From positions 896,001 through 960,000 of the forward strand of contig OY760142.1 of NCBI GenBank assembly GCA_963663225.1: 64,000 nucleotides of DNA, in the 5' to 3' direction. Every line of letters begins with the position of its first letter. Positions within the stretch are counted from its first letter, which is position 1. The notes under the pieces are model-generated. The model did not search any database. It was not told the DNA's origin and saw nothing but the letters and a program-made list of their open reading frames with translations. This document shows positions 9,184-18,641 of this stretch, piece by piece. A program made the position numbers and the translations under genes. Source of the DNA: Nitrospirota bacterium. GTDB taxonomy: Bacteria; Nitrospirota; UBA9217.

Positions 9184-10356
9184 ATGCGTGTAGCCGCCGT
9201 CATCGGGACCAGGCCAGAAGTGATAAAAATGGCCCCGGTCATCTACCAGCTGCGGGAGCGTTCCTCTGTTTTTGATGTGGTCGTCGTCGCCACTGCACAG
9301 CATCGGGAAATGCTCGACCAGGCATTGTCGCTGTTTGACATTGTGCCCGACCATGACCTTGACCTTATGTCTCCCGGCCAAACTCTTTCCGGCATCGCCG
9401 GACGAGTACTGGACCGCATGGACACAACACTCGGCACGATCCGTCCCGACATGATCCTGGTTCAGGGAGATACTACGACGGTTTTTTCAGCTGCTCTTGC
9501 GGCATTTTACCGGAGGATTCCCGTTACCCATGTCGAAGCCGGACTCAGGAGCTATGATTTAAAAAATCCTTTTCCCGAAGAAGCGAACCGCCGACTGACG
9601 ACAGTTCTTGCCGAGATTAATTGCGCACCCACAGCGCTTTCCAGGACCAGACTACTGCAGGAAGGGGTTCCCGCCGAAAAGATCATTGTTACCGGCAATA
9701 CCGTGGTCGACGCACTCCACTATGTCCTCGACAAACCATTTTCCTTCACCGGCACGGCACTGGAAACGTTCGATTTCAACGACAAGCGGATCATTCTCGT
9801 CACCTGTCACCGCAGGGAGTCCTTGGGCGAGAACATGCAGAATATTTTCTCCGCTCTGATCGATATTGTGCATGCATTCCCTGACGTTCATTTCGTATAT
9901 CCGGTGCACCTGAACCCCGAAGTCCAACGTATGGCGAAGCGCATTCTTTCAACCGTCGACCGCATCCATCTTATACCACCGCTTGATTATGCGGCTTTTA
10001 TTAATCTTATGAAGCGTTCCCATCTCATTCTGACCGACTCCGGAGGTCTGCAGGAGGAGGCGCCGACGCTCGCCAAACCGCTCCTCGTCATGCGCACCGT
10101 CACCGAACGTCCGGAGGCCTTTCAGAGGGGCCTTTCCAAGGTCATCGGAACGAGCCGGAACGCAATTGTACAGGAAACATCGCATATATTGAATGCCGGA
10201 GATATCGCAGGAGCCACTCGAGGAAGCAACCCGTATGGCGACGGCATGGCGGCATCACGAATCGCCCAGGCGCTTGAACGCTGGGCGCGCGGCCTGCACC
10301 CGCTCCTGGAACCGGCCTCCGAATTCAACTACCAGGAAGAATGTGGCATGCCATGA
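9184..10356 (+). CDS. wecB: UDP-N-acetylglucosamine 2-epimerase (non-hydrolysing)
   Basis: GTRPEVIKMAP, QGDTTT, HVEAGLRS, PFPEEANR, HRRE, TDSGGLQEEAP, TERPE, NPYGDG. Confidence 0.96.
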   Translation: MRVAAVIGTRPEVIKMAPVIYQLRERSSVFDVVVVATAQHREMLDQALSLFDIVPDHDLDLMSPGQTLSGIAGRVLDRMDTTLGTIRPDMILVQGDTTTVFSAALAAFYRRIPVTHVEAGLRSYDLKNPFPEEANRRLTTVLAEINCAPTALSRTRLLQEGVPAEKIIVTGNTVVDALHYVLDKPFSFTGTALETFDFNDKRIILVTCHRRESLGENMQNIFSALIDIVHAFPDVHFVYPVHLNPEVQRMAKRILSTVDRIHLIPPLDYAAFINLMKRSHLILTDSGGLQEEAPTLAKPLLVMRTVTERPEAFQRGLSKVIGTSRNAIVQETSHILNAGDIAGATRGSNPYGDGMAASRIAQALERWARGLHPLLEPASEFNYQEECGMP

Positions 10357-11135
10357 CTGCAAAAGAGCCAAAATCGGTTATTTTATACCACCGGTCGTAC
10401 CGGAAAGTTCCCGGTTCCGCAAAAATGTTTTTTCTTCAGTTCTTCATCATCGCTCTGCCGCTTTCTCTTATAATTGTCTTTTGGTATCCCGAGATCACGC
10501 ATACGGTCTGCCGCATTGCCGATGCCATGCTTGCCCCGTTCTTTCCTCCCGATACAATCAGGACGCTGCACCTGCCCTACGTGATCGGGGACGCATTTCT
10601 TCTGGATTTGCCCAGCAAATATCCGTCGCTTGTTTTTTCCGTAATAAACGCCCTTGTCAGCCTGTTTTTCCTCGTGTTCCTGCCGACGGTAAAAAGCTCG
10701 AAACATATATTTATCTTTTTGATTGTCGTGGCATTCATCAATTTCGTGTCATCGCTTTTTTTCACATTTGTTCCCTACCGGTTTCCCTACGAGACCGTTG
10801 ACTACTCGGAGCTCTATATCAAACAGCAGATCAGTATATGGTTTTTTGTGCCGATCATCATGGGCCTCGCTGTATTGCCACTGCCCTCCTCTCTTGCATC
10901 GAAGTGCATTACCATGCTTGTCACCTTCTGCTATTCGCTGATCTTCGGGACACTCCGGTATGCGGTGTTTCTTTTTATATTAACAAAGGCATCCCTGCTG
11001 TATATGGCAGTGCTTTTTTTCGTGCTGGGCCCTCTGGTCGATTTTGTATATATCGTGGGCATCTACAGCGTCCATGTCACCAGACTGGCAAAAAAAATGA
11101 AGGGTGATTTTGCCTCATGGAAATGGTCATACTGA
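10353..11135 (+). CDS. Multi-pass integral membrane protein of unknown function
   Basis: About 6-7 hydrophobic segments; ATGA overlap with the wecB stop. Confidence 0.85.
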   Translation: MTAKEPKSVILYHRSYRKVPGSAKMFFLQFFIIALPLSLIIVFWYPEITHTVCRIADAMLAPFFPPDTIRTLHLPYVIGDAFLLDLPSKYPSLVFSVINALVSLFFLVFLPTVKSSKHIFIFLIVVAFINFVSSLFFTFVPYRFPYETVDYSELYIKQQISIWFFVPIIMGLAVLPLPSSLASKCITMLVTFCYSLIFGTLRYAVFLFILTKASLLYMAVLFFVLGPLVDFVYIVGIYSVHVTRLAKKMKGDFASWKWSY

Positions 11136-12394
11136 TACTCAAGGGATATCTCCTGTTCACCATCGGGGTCATGGTTGTGTTTTCCATCAGACACTACATC
11201 TTTACCCTGAACAGGCTTTTTGGTGAACAGCGGATTTACTACCAGGACATCATCGATTCCGACTATAAGACAATATCAGTGCTCATTCCGATGCATAACG
11301 AAGAAAAAGTCGCCACCAGCATCCTTGACTTGCTTGTCCTGGCCGACTACAACAGGGAAAAGCTTGAAATCATTCCAATCAATGATTTTTCGGATGACAA
11401 GACGCGGGAAATCATCGAGGCCTATGCGAAACAGCACCCCTATATAAAGCCCCTGCATCGCTACGAGGGAGACAGGGGCAAACCCGCCGCACTGAACGCA
11501 GGCATCCAGAAGGCGACGGGTGAGATCATCATCGTTTTTGACGCGGACTACCTTCCTCCAAAAGGCATTTTGAAAAGCATCGCCATCTGTTTCAACGACC
11601 CGGAAGTCGGCGCCGTCATGGGGAGGGTCATTCCCGTAAACACGCGCCGGAACATTCTGACGCGCCTTCTGGACCTTGAGCGCACCGGCGGGTATCAGGT
11701 GGACCAGCAGGCACGATATAATCTCAGACTTATGCCTCAATACGGGGGCACGGTAGGCGGCTTCAGACGGAGCGTGGTGGAGAGCCTCGGAGGGTTTAAC
11801 ACAAAGGTTCTGGCGGAAGACACGGAACTGACCTACCGGCTTTCCATCAACGGCTGGAAAGTGCTGTACGCAAACCGCGCTGAGTGCTATGAAGAGGTGC
11901 CGGAAAAATGGAGCGTTCGCGCCCGTCAGATCCGCAGATGGTCACGAGGGCACAACAGCGTCATGTTCCGGTATTTTTTCCCGCTGCTGAAGACTCCTCA
12001 TCTTTCCTTTCGGGAAAAAACCGATGGACTGCTGCTGCTGCTCGTCTATTGCGTCCCCTTTATTCTCCTGCTGGGCCTCCTCGACTCCCTCGCGCTCTTT
12101 TTTCTGGATGAGATGGAAATTTTTTCAGGAATCCTTTTTCTGGTTTTCCTCGGCGCCTACAATAACTTCGGAAATTTCGCGCCTTTTTACCAAGTCGGAA
12201 CGGCTTGCCTCCTCGACGGCGCAGCGCAGCGCATCCTGCTGCTGCCGTTCCTGATTTTCAGTTTTTTCTTCAACATGTGGTATATCTCAAAAGGTTTTTT
12301 GGACTCCTGCATCGATTTGATTACCTGGCGCAAAACCAAGTGGCACAAAACAGAGCGGTTCCGAAAGACGCCGAAGAAGGGCTTCCCTTCATGA
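11117..12394 (+). CDS. Processive GT2 glycosyltransferase (polysaccharide synthase, PgaC/IcaA/YaiP-like)
   Basis: PMHNE, DFSDD, GKPAALN, FDAD, AEDTE and QIRRW (D,D,D,QxxRW); N- and C-terminal TM helices; no PilZ or MshEN tail. Confidence 0.92.
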   Translation: MEMVILILKGYLLFTIGVMVVFSIRHYIFTLNRLFGEQRIYYQDIIDSDYKTISVLIPMHNEEKVATSILDLLVLADYNREKLEIIPINDFSDDKTREIIEAYAKQHPYIKPLHRYEGDRGKPAALNAGIQKATGEIIIVFDADYLPPKGILKSIAICFNDPEVGAVMGRVIPVNTRRNILTRLLDLERTGGYQVDQQARYNLRLMPQYGGTVGGFRRSVVESLGGFNTKVLAEDTELTYRLSINGWKVLYANRAECYEEVPEKWSVRARQIRRWSRGHNSVMFRYFFPLLKTPHLSFREKTDGLLLLLVYCVPFILLLGLLDSLALFFLDEMEIFSGILFLVFLGAYNNFGNFAPFYQVGTACLLDGAAQRILLLPFLIFSFFFNMWYISKGFLDSCIDLITWRKTKWHKTERFRKTPKKGFPS

Positions 12395-13407
12395 TGCTGC
12401 TCATCGCATTCATCCTGCTTGTTCTCCTGTTCATTCTCCCCTTCATTCCCGGAGCGCGCGAACTCGCAAAAAAACAGGACGCATCGCCGTTGTACATCAA
12501 TAATGAATATCTCAAAGACCCGCGTTACTTCGCGTTTTCATTCAGAAAGTTGTTTCACACTTCGTTGGCAGCTGCTCCGCGAGGAGAAGGTGTTCACGAT
12601 ATCACACTATCAAAGAATGAAAAAGTCCAAATTGTCCGAGACGCCAGTCTTGCCGGAGGTTCTGCTGTGGAACACATTCTGTACGTGATGCAAAACCTTG
12701 ACTCCGGCCCTGACGTCCGGTTTAACAAGGAAGTCTACGTACGGCAGACGGCTCATATCGGAGAGTCAAATCTGCTGCAGGCCCTGGCGTGCGACGGTGA
12801 CATTCATCTTCGCAAGGGCACGCGTTTTTTCAGATGGCTGGACGCGGAGGGCAATATTACCGCGGAAGGATCGTGCATACTCGGCGTCGATGCCAGCTGT
12901 AGCGGGATTCTTTCTCTGGAACAACATTGTTCTTTCCTGAAGTTGTACGGGTTTCCCGTTGTAGCGTCGGGGCCTCAGGCCTTCACAGAGGAGCGGGAAG
13001 AACCGGACAGTGACACGGGGGTATTTGGCGAAGAGCCCCCGGAGCGGGAATGCAGTGATATCAAAGCGGCAAGCCGGATAAACCGCAGCATCATTTCCGC
13101 CGAATCAGTAACAATCGGGGAGCTTGCCGTGATCCGGGGACATGTCAAGACCCATGGCAGCCTTGTCACCGGCACACGAGTCATTATCACCGGAAATGTT
13201 TTTGCGGCGGGAAACATAGAACTCGGCCCGCACAGCCGCGTACTGGGCACCGTATTTTCACAGGAACATATTGTGTTACGGCAGGGAGTGCGGGTCGGTG
13301 CAAAAGGCAGGATCAAATCCGTGGTCGGGAAAAAAAGCGTTACGCTGGAAAACGGCGCAAAAGTTTACGGTTATGTCATGACGGAAGGAAAAGGCCTCGT
13401 GGTATGA
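12391..13407 (+). CDS. Membrane-anchored beta-helix (bactofilin / polymer-forming-like) protein
   Basis: ATGA overlap with the GT2 stop; N-terminal TM; repeated (V/I)xG(N/H/T)V strands (VIRGHV, IITGNV, VLGTVF, VYGYV). Confidence 0.7.
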   Translation: MMLLIAFILLVLLFILPFIPGARELAKKQDASPLYINNEYLKDPRYFAFSFRKLFHTSLAAAPRGEGVHDITLSKNEKVQIVRDASLAGGSAVEHILYVMQNLDSGPDVRFNKEVYVRQTAHIGESNLLQALACDGDIHLRKGTRFFRWLDAEGNITAEGSCILGVDASCSGILSLEQHCSFLKLYGFPVVASGPQAFTEEREEPDSDTGVFGEEPPERECSDIKAASRINRSIISAESVTIGELAVIRGHVKTHGSLVTGTRVIITGNVFAAGNIELGPHSRVLGTVFSQEHIVLRQGVRVGAKGRIKSVVGKKSVTLENGAKVYGYVMTEGKGLVV

Positions 13408-15239
13408 AAAAAACCGTTATTTTAGCTCTCGTTATTGCAGCAATCCTGATTCTGTATGCTGTTCATACCACAAACAAAGCCAGAGATCTGGCAAAAAACG
13501 GGGAACTGCAGGTGCTGCTCCTGTACAATCCTGCGTATCTTACAGAAACAGTCCGCGTCCTTGATGCTTATGAGAGTGTTCTCCAGGAAGAGGGCATACC
13601 CCATAAGAGCATAAGCATCTACCAACTCCCCCGGGAAGGGGCCGGAGAACTTGCGAAGCGCGTCCCGGTTATCTTGCTGCCGGACACCATCTTGCAGCAT
13701 GTCCCCCCTGAATTTAGAGACTGGGCAAAAACCTACCTGGAAAACGGCGGTAATCTGCTCGTTGTTTATGACGTGGGCGTAAAAAACCGCAAAGGTCTTT
13801 TCCTGAACACGGCTGCACTGTCTGAAATAACCGGTTTCAATACCATACTGTACGCAACCGCAGGCGGATCAGCGTATGATCACGGCTTTCTCCGATTTAC
13901 ATCTGAAGCAAAGCGGACTTTTTTCGAAATTCCGACGGGTAAAACGACAGAGGGTCTTACGCTCAGCAGCTACTACTACGGTCAGCTTGCCTATCCCCTT
14001 GCAAAAAATGAACAAGTCCGCGCCATTTCACAAGATAATATTTATGCGTATGCAGTAACCAAAAACAAGGAGAAATTTCCCGCAATAGTCCTGACCGACT
14101 ATGCTAAAGGTAAGGTCCTGTATATCAATCTCCCTCTCGGCCAACTAAAGGCGAATGCAGACGATCTGCCGCTCAGGGCCGTCCTGCGCACATTTTTGTT
14201 TTCCATTATTAATATCCCTCACGTTGTGAATGTGGAAAACGGAATTGGCGGCATTGTCATCAACTGGCACATCGACAGCAATGCGGAGTATCGGATACTG
14301 CCGAGGTTGCAGAAAATGGGCCTTCTGCGCGCCGGCGTTCCGCTCTCCTTCCATGTTACCGCAGGAGATTTTTTTGAGCGTTCCGGCGACGATGCCGGTT
14401 TCGACGCGTGCGGAAAAGGTCGGCCCTTGATGGAACTCATAAAGCCGTATGGCGCCGTCGGCTCCCACGGCGGGTGGGCCCACAACTGGTTTGCGAATAA
14501 TATTAGGAATGCAACGTTTACCAAAGAAGAAATTCGCCGATATATTCAAAAAAATTCGAGCTGTCTTGAAAAAATCACCGGCTATAAAATTATAGAATAT
14601 TCAGCGCCGGATGGGGTCCATCCGCAACCCGTAACGACCTCTGTTCTGGAAGAACTTGGTTTTATTGCCTACTATTCGACCGGCGATGTGGGAAGTGCGC
14701 CGAACCGGACTTTTTTCGAAGGACGCATGGTCAGCAGCAGCGTCATTGCCTTTCCTGTTATGCCGTTCGGCCGCAGCGCGTCGTTGTATGAAATGAATGT
14801 TCTGGACAAAAGAAAAGACCGTGAGATCAGAGAATGGTTTCTGGACATCCTTACATACGCGGCGCAAAATAGGACCATACGTCTTGTTTATTCTCATCCG
14901 TACAACATCGAATTGTACCCACGTGCGGTACAGGCCTTCATGGATGCGGCCGTAGCAATGCAGCAGCGTAAAGCAATTGCAGTTTCCACGATGACCGGAT
15001 ACGCGTCGTTCTTCCGACGTTTTTTAAAAACAACCTATTCGTTCAGCAAAGACGGCAGTCAGCTTCGCGTCGTGCTCCAGAATCCTGAAGGGCTGGCAGG
15101 CATCTGCATCGCCCTGCCGAAGCATACATACCGGAAACCGATCATAGAACAAACAACTCTCCAAGAAGACAGCCGTTTTTTCTATCTTACGATGGTGGCA
15201 AATGATAAGGACAAGACCTTTACTGTTGATGCTGATTAG
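13404..15239 (+). CDS. Periplasmic polysaccharide deacetylase-like protein (N-terminal GATase-like domain + CE4/NodB-like domain)
   Basis: Signal/TM anchor; YLENGGNLL GATase-like segment; HIDS, GSHGGWAH, YSAPDG, YSHP resemble CE4 motifs; ATGA overlap. Confidence 0.72.
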   Translation: MKKTVILALVIAAILILYAVHTTNKARDLAKNGELQVLLLYNPAYLTETVRVLDAYESVLQEEGIPHKSISIYQLPREGAGELAKRVPVILLPDTILQHVPPEFRDWAKTYLENGGNLLVVYDVGVKNRKGLFLNTAALSEITGFNTILYATAGGSAYDHGFLRFTSEAKRTFFEIPTGKTTEGLTLSSYYYGQLAYPLAKNEQVRAISQDNIYAYAVTKNKEKFPAIVLTDYAKGKVLYINLPLGQLKANADDLPLRAVLRTFLFSIINIPHVVNVENGIGGIVINWHIDSNAEYRILPRLQKMGLLRAGVPLSFHVTAGDFFERSGDDAGFDACGKGRPLMELIKPYGAVGSHGGWAHNWFANNIRNATFTKEEIRRYIQKNSSCLEKITGYKIIEYSAPDGVHPQPVTTSVLEELGFIAYYSTGDVGSAPNRTFFEGRMVSSSVIAFPVMPFGRSASLYEMNVLDKRKDREIREWFLDILTYAAQNRTIRLVYSHPYNIELYPRAVQAFMDAAVAMQQRKAIAVSTMTGYASFFRRFLKTTYSFSKDGSQLRVVLQNPEGLAGICIALPKHTYRKPIIEQTTLQEDSRFFYLTMVANDKDKTFTVDAD

Positions 15240-16101
15240 CGGTGTTTTCCTGCTCGTCCTTTCCGGTGTATCCCGTGCTGAGCATCCGGCGCTCATGATT
15301 ATGAAGAGGCACGCTGCGGACCGTGCAGACATCACGGAAATCAACCCGTACATCGTAAGCATCTTCGCCCTGGATGATGTGGAACAGAACAGGCATCTGG
15401 ATGAAGTGCAGCAGTTTATACTCTGGTATTTCAGCAGCCTTAATTATCCCGACCGCAACGGCCTTACGGGGACCATATATGACTACGTGCTCGAAAACGG
15501 GAAAGAGCAATCCACAACAACGTATGATTCTGTCGACGGATATGCAGGAATGTTTCTGCATCTTCTTTCCCGGTACGCGTTGAAGACGGGGGACCTGGAC
15601 GTCTTGCGAAACAACTGGACCAAAATAGAGGACATTGCATATCTTCTTCCTTTTCTACAGGACAGCAACGGCCTTACCAGGGCGTTGCCGGGCGGAAACG
15701 AACAATACCTCATGGATAACAGCGAGGCCTATGCAGGCATATCAGCCTATCTGAAGCTCAGAAAACTCTTGCACAAGCACACCAGCCCGTATTACAATCT
15801 GGTCCGCAGCAACATCAAGAAAGCCATTTTCGCGCAGCTCTACGAATCCAGGAACAGAATCTTTTCCTGGGCTGTTGCGGACAATCAACGCAGTTTCTCG
15901 GACTGGAACCGTTTTTACCCTGATGCCTATGCCCAGCTCTTCCCCGTTTACTTCGGGTTGCTGGCGGACAGGCCGCATCTGAAGCGGCACCTGTGGAATG
16001 AATTCGTACGACGATATGCCGGACAATCGTCCGGCTTCCCGGCAGAACAACGAACCATCTATGAACTGACCGGAAAAACCATGGAGGGCAAAATACCTTG
16101 A
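15202..16101 (+). CDS. Exported (alpha/alpha)-barrel glycoside-hydrolase-like protein
   Basis: Signal peptide; helical, aromatic-rich; acidic motifs YDSVDGY, YLMDNSEAY, FYPDAYAQ. The fold call is inference. Confidence 0.5.
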   Translation: MIRTRPLLLMLISGVFLLVLSGVSRAEHPALMIMKRHAADRADITEINPYIVSIFALDDVEQNRHLDEVQQFILWYFSSLNYPDRNGLTGTIYDYVLENGKEQSTTTYDSVDGYAGMFLHLLSRYALKTGDLDVLRNNWTKIEDIAYLLPFLQDSNGLTRALPGGNEQYLMDNSEAYAGISAYLKLRKLLHKHTSPYYNLVRSNIKKAIFAQLYESRNRIFSWAVADNQRSFSDWNRFYPDAYAQLFPVYFGLLADRPHLKRHLWNEFVRRYAGQSSGFPAEQRTIYELTGKTMEGKIP

Positions 16102-16949
16102 CGACAATGAGGGGCCGAAAATTGCGGTTGCGTAAATTCTGCCTGTTCTTCTTTCCCCTGTGCTTTATCGGGTGTGTTCTGGCCTCTGCATGCTTTCCGT
16201 CCGCGGCTGCGGACGATCCTGCTGCCCCGGAGTTCAAGAACCGTATTGAACTTTCCGGCTCATACGAATATCTTTCCCCTAACGGCGATTACGGTAACTG
16301 GGGCACGTTCACCGCCGCCTTTTATCGGAAGGAACGCCCGGACTTTACCTGGTTTGCCCAGATACAGACATACACAAGGCCGGAAGGAACCGGCCTGCTG
16401 GGCAATGTCGGGGCCTATAAAGACTGGACTCCCGCCTTCTATACCTATACCTCTGTTGCCGCGGGAACGGACGTGGAATATCTTCCGCAAATACGAGTCG
16501 ATCATGATTTTAATTTCAAGTTCGGACCCGATAAAAAGTTCGTATGGATTCTCGGAGGAACATACATAGGCTATTACGACGTTCATCGCGACTATATCCT
16601 GTCCACGGGCCTCATGGCGTATCTGGGAGACTGGGTGGCGGAATACCGGATTTTCAGAAACCTCAGTTCTCCGGGCTGGGTTGAATCATACTCTCATCTT
16701 TTTTCACTCGCCTATGGACAGGAGGGACGCCACTGGACCACTGCAAACTTCTCCTTTGGAAAACAGGCCTACCTGGCCACGTCGCTTGCTGAGCCGGAAG
16801 CTGTGAGCAAAAACTCTTATCTGGTATCTCTGAATCACCGGCAATGGCTGGCAAAAAACTATGGAGTGTTCGGAGAGTTGAGCTACTTTGATCTCCAGTC
16901 CACCTATAAAAAAGGCGGGTTTCTGTTCGGCGGTTTTTGGGAGTTCTGA
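16098..16949 (+). CDS. YaiO-family outer-membrane beta-barrel (putative polysaccharide export porin)
   Basis: Signal peptide, alternating amphipathic beta-strands, YKDW..FYTYTSV..G...YLP pattern, C-terminal aromatic WEF BAM signal; TTGA overlap. Confidence 0.75.
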   Translation: MTTMRGRKLRLRKFCLFFFPLCFIGCVLASACFPSAAADDPAAPEFKNRIELSGSYEYLSPNGDYGNWGTFTAAFYRKERPDFTWFAQIQTYTRPEGTGLLGNVGAYKDWTPAFYTYTSVAAGTDVEYLPQIRVDHDFNFKFGPDKKFVWILGGTYIGYYDVHRDYILSTGLMAYLGDWVAEYRIFRNLSSPGWVESYSHLFSLAYGQEGRHWTTANFSFGKQAYLATSLAEPEAVSKNSYLVSLNHRQWLAKNYGVFGELSYFDLQSTYKKGGFLFGGFWEF

Positions 16950-17035
16950 TCATCTCCGGAATTCCTTTCGAGTGTTCGCTTTGCGCAATAGGCCTGATTT
17001 CTGCGGAAGCGGTGGGTAGCATTCCGTTTAAACAC

Positions 17036-18535
17036 ATGAAAAAGTATTTTCTCGAAGCCATAGTATTCATCTGCGGTGCCGTAGTCATGGTACTAGAACT
17101 CGTTGGTTCGCGGATCCTTGCACCGTATCTCGGCACTTCCATCATCGTCTGGTCCAGTCTTATCGGCGTCATTCTGGGCTGCCTCAGCCTCGGATACTGG
17201 TATGGCGGCAGATTGGCGGACAGAAAACAGGGCTGCAGAACGTTCTCCCTGATAATCCTTGCAGCAGGCGTCCTGATCGGTGCCGTGGCTTTTCTGAAGG
17301 AATTCGCCCTTCTCTTTTTTCAGAATTGCTTCTCTGATATTCAAACGGCAGCGCCCGTTGCCACCATAGTGCTCTTCGGCCTGCCGAGCACGCTCCTCGG
17401 CATGATTACCCCCTATGCTGTCCGGTTGAAAATGAACGATGTCTCTCATTCGGGCGAAACTGTCGGCAATCTCTATGCGATTTCCACGGTCGGCAGCATC
17501 TTCGGCACTTTTCTTGCGGGATATTATCTGATTTCTTTTTTCGGCAGCACAAAAATTCTGATCGTACTCGCGCTGGTGCTTGTTTTGACCTCTTTCCTCG
17601 CATACGGAAGAGACGGACGAATCCTTAAAACCTGCATACTTCTGTCTCTTCTAGCAGGTATGGCAGCGATGGAGTTGTACAGTGCTGTGCATCAACGCGA
17701 GGGGTTTTACGATGTCGACACCCGGTACAGCAGGGTCTGGATATACGAGACCGTCCATCCCGGCACCGGAAAGGCCATCCGTGCCCTTGCCACCAGCCCG
17801 GGCGAAATACAATCCGCGATGCTGCTCGACGGCAGCAAAGACCTGGCCCTCGCGTACACAAAATATTACCGGCTCGCACGCCACTTTCAGCCGGCTGTTT
17901 CAGAAGCCCTGCTCATCGGAGGAGCGGGATATTCCTACGCAAAAGACTACCTGCAACAATACCGCACAGCGCGTCTTGACGTCGTGGAGATAGACCCCGG
18001 CATGACCGATCTCGCAAAAAAACACTTCGAGCTGCCGGAGAACAACAGGCTGACGATAATCCATGAAGACGGCCGCGCATATCTGAACAAAACCAGGAAA
18101 CGGTATGATGCCATATTTTGCGACGCCTTTACTTCCCTGTACACAATCCCTTTTCAGCTTACCACCAGAGAAACGGTCGCACGATTGTACAGCCTGCTCA
18201 ACGATAACGGAGTCGTACTTGTGAATATCATATCGTCCATTGAGGGAGATGCGGGCATGTTTCTCCGCGCCGAATATGCAACCTATAAATCAATTTTTCC
18301 TCAGGTCCTGCTTTTCCCGGTGCGCAATTCCGGCGACGGAATGGTGTCGCAGAATATCATGCTGGTGGCACTAAAATCCAACAGTCGGCCCGCGCCCGGC
18401 AGCCGTGACCCGGAACTGGCCGAATATCTCACGCATGCGTGGACCGGCATGGTCGCATGCGACGTCCCCGTGCTTACCGATGACTTTGCGCCGGTGGACA
18501 CTTATATACTCAGAATGCTTCGCCGCAAGGGTTAA
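17036..18535 (+). CDS. Fused MFS-like membrane domain / spermidine-synthase-like SAM-binding protein
   Basis: ELVGSRILAPYLGTS, GNLYAISTVGSIFGT membrane domain; LIGGAG, VEIDP, EDGR, CDAF, LTDDFAP. Confidence 0.9.
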   Translation: MKKYFLEAIVFICGAVVMVLELVGSRILAPYLGTSIIVWSSLIGVILGCLSLGYWYGGRLADRKQGCRTFSLIILAAGVLIGAVAFLKEFALLFFQNCFSDIQTAAPVATIVLFGLPSTLLGMITPYAVRLKMNDVSHSGETVGNLYAISTVGSIFGTFLAGYYLISFFGSTKILIVLALVLVLTSFLAYGRDGRILKTCILLSLLAGMAAMELYSAVHQREGFYDVDTRYSRVWIYETVHPGTGKAIRALATSPGEIQSAMLLDGSKDLALAYTKYYRLARHFQPAVSEALLIGGAGYSYAKDYLQQYRTARLDVVEIDPGMTDLAKKHFELPENNRLTIIHEDGRAYLNKTRKRYDAIFCDAFTSLYTIPFQLTTRETVARLYSLLNDNGVVLVNIISSIEGDAGMFLRAEYATYKSIFPQVLLFPVRNSGDGMVSQNIMLVALKSNSRPAPGSRDPELAEYLTHAWTGMVACDVPVLTDDFAPVDTYILRMLRRKG

Positions 18536-18641
18536 GAATGAACCACTGCTTCTGCTGACATGAAGCCTGACCGGATGGTATACTTGATTTAAAGCTGCAA
18601 GCACAACCTGTTGAGTATGTTTCAGGAGAACCGGCACTATC

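Noticed and set aside
10353-11135. Exosortase/archaeosortase identity for the membrane protein in the EPS operon
   Set aside because: Only a loosely placed Arg in a TM helix; no recognisable catalytic Cys motif, so it is left as unknown.
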